Below are positions 63,770 to 64,000 of a DNA stretch of 64,000 nt, one piece after another. Numbering within the stretch: the first letter of the stretch is position 1; the number at the start of each line of letters is the position of its first letter. The notes under the pieces are model-generated. The model worked only from the letters and a program-made list of their open reading frames with translations. It was not told the origin of the DNA and made no database searches. The stretch is from Octopus sinensis (taxonomy: Eukaryota), in contig NC_043019.1 in the NCBI RefSeq assembly GCF_006345805.1, positions 31,185,360-31,249,359 of the forward strand, given 5' to 3'. The translations under genes were made by a program, and so were the position numbers.

Positions 63770-63869
63770 GTAAGAAAACAAAAAAAAAAAAAAATGAATT
63801 ACCAACCCCCTTTTTTTTTCTTTGTTTACTCTTTGTTTGTTGAATTAAAAACAAAATTTTATGTATGCA

Positions 63870-63903
<34 letters not shown>

Positions 63904-64000
63904 CATACATACATTCATACATTTATATATATATATATATAAATAGCATAATGATGAAGATTTGTTTAAAGTGGTGTTAAAGCAATACAAATTCAAAACA

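Overview
Repeat-saturated, AT-rich animal genomic DNA. It is very probably from an octopod cephalopod; this is inferred from the cephalopod-type 5S sequence, the SINE/LINE repertoire and the microsatellite load. Only one host-gene exon is recognisable: the first coding exon of an otoferlin-type ferlin (63691-63769, +, MALILHLKSVDNLRSTCNRKAKVTFR/G followed by GTAAG), so the gene continues beyond the window end. The preceding ~63 kb is intergenic or 5'-UTR-intron sequence. It holds two closely related 5'-truncated RTE LINEs with a PHD-like finger inside the RT, four Dong/R4-type RLE retrotransposon copies embedded in (AAT)n, and HERO-, CR1- and older RTE-like fragments. It also holds two internally deleted mariners, piggyBac-like and other MITEs, several tRNA-SINE families, a dispersed 5S rRNA copy and Penelope-like terminal remnants carrying minimal hammerhead motifs. 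There is a 100-N assembly gap at 55826-55925. Almost all other ORFs in the supplied track are microsatellite translations or antisense frames of repeats. The most notable structures are a minimal hammerhead enclosed by a perfect 82-bp inverted repeat, strictly polarised (AAT)n-anchored Dong/SINE arrays, a ~2-kb degenerate fold-back, a terminator-less 5S copy abutting a SINE, and a possible Kolobok/KolX remnant. All family assignments are by eye from motifs, with no searches run, and repeat boundaries are approximate unless TSDs or TIRs are quoted.
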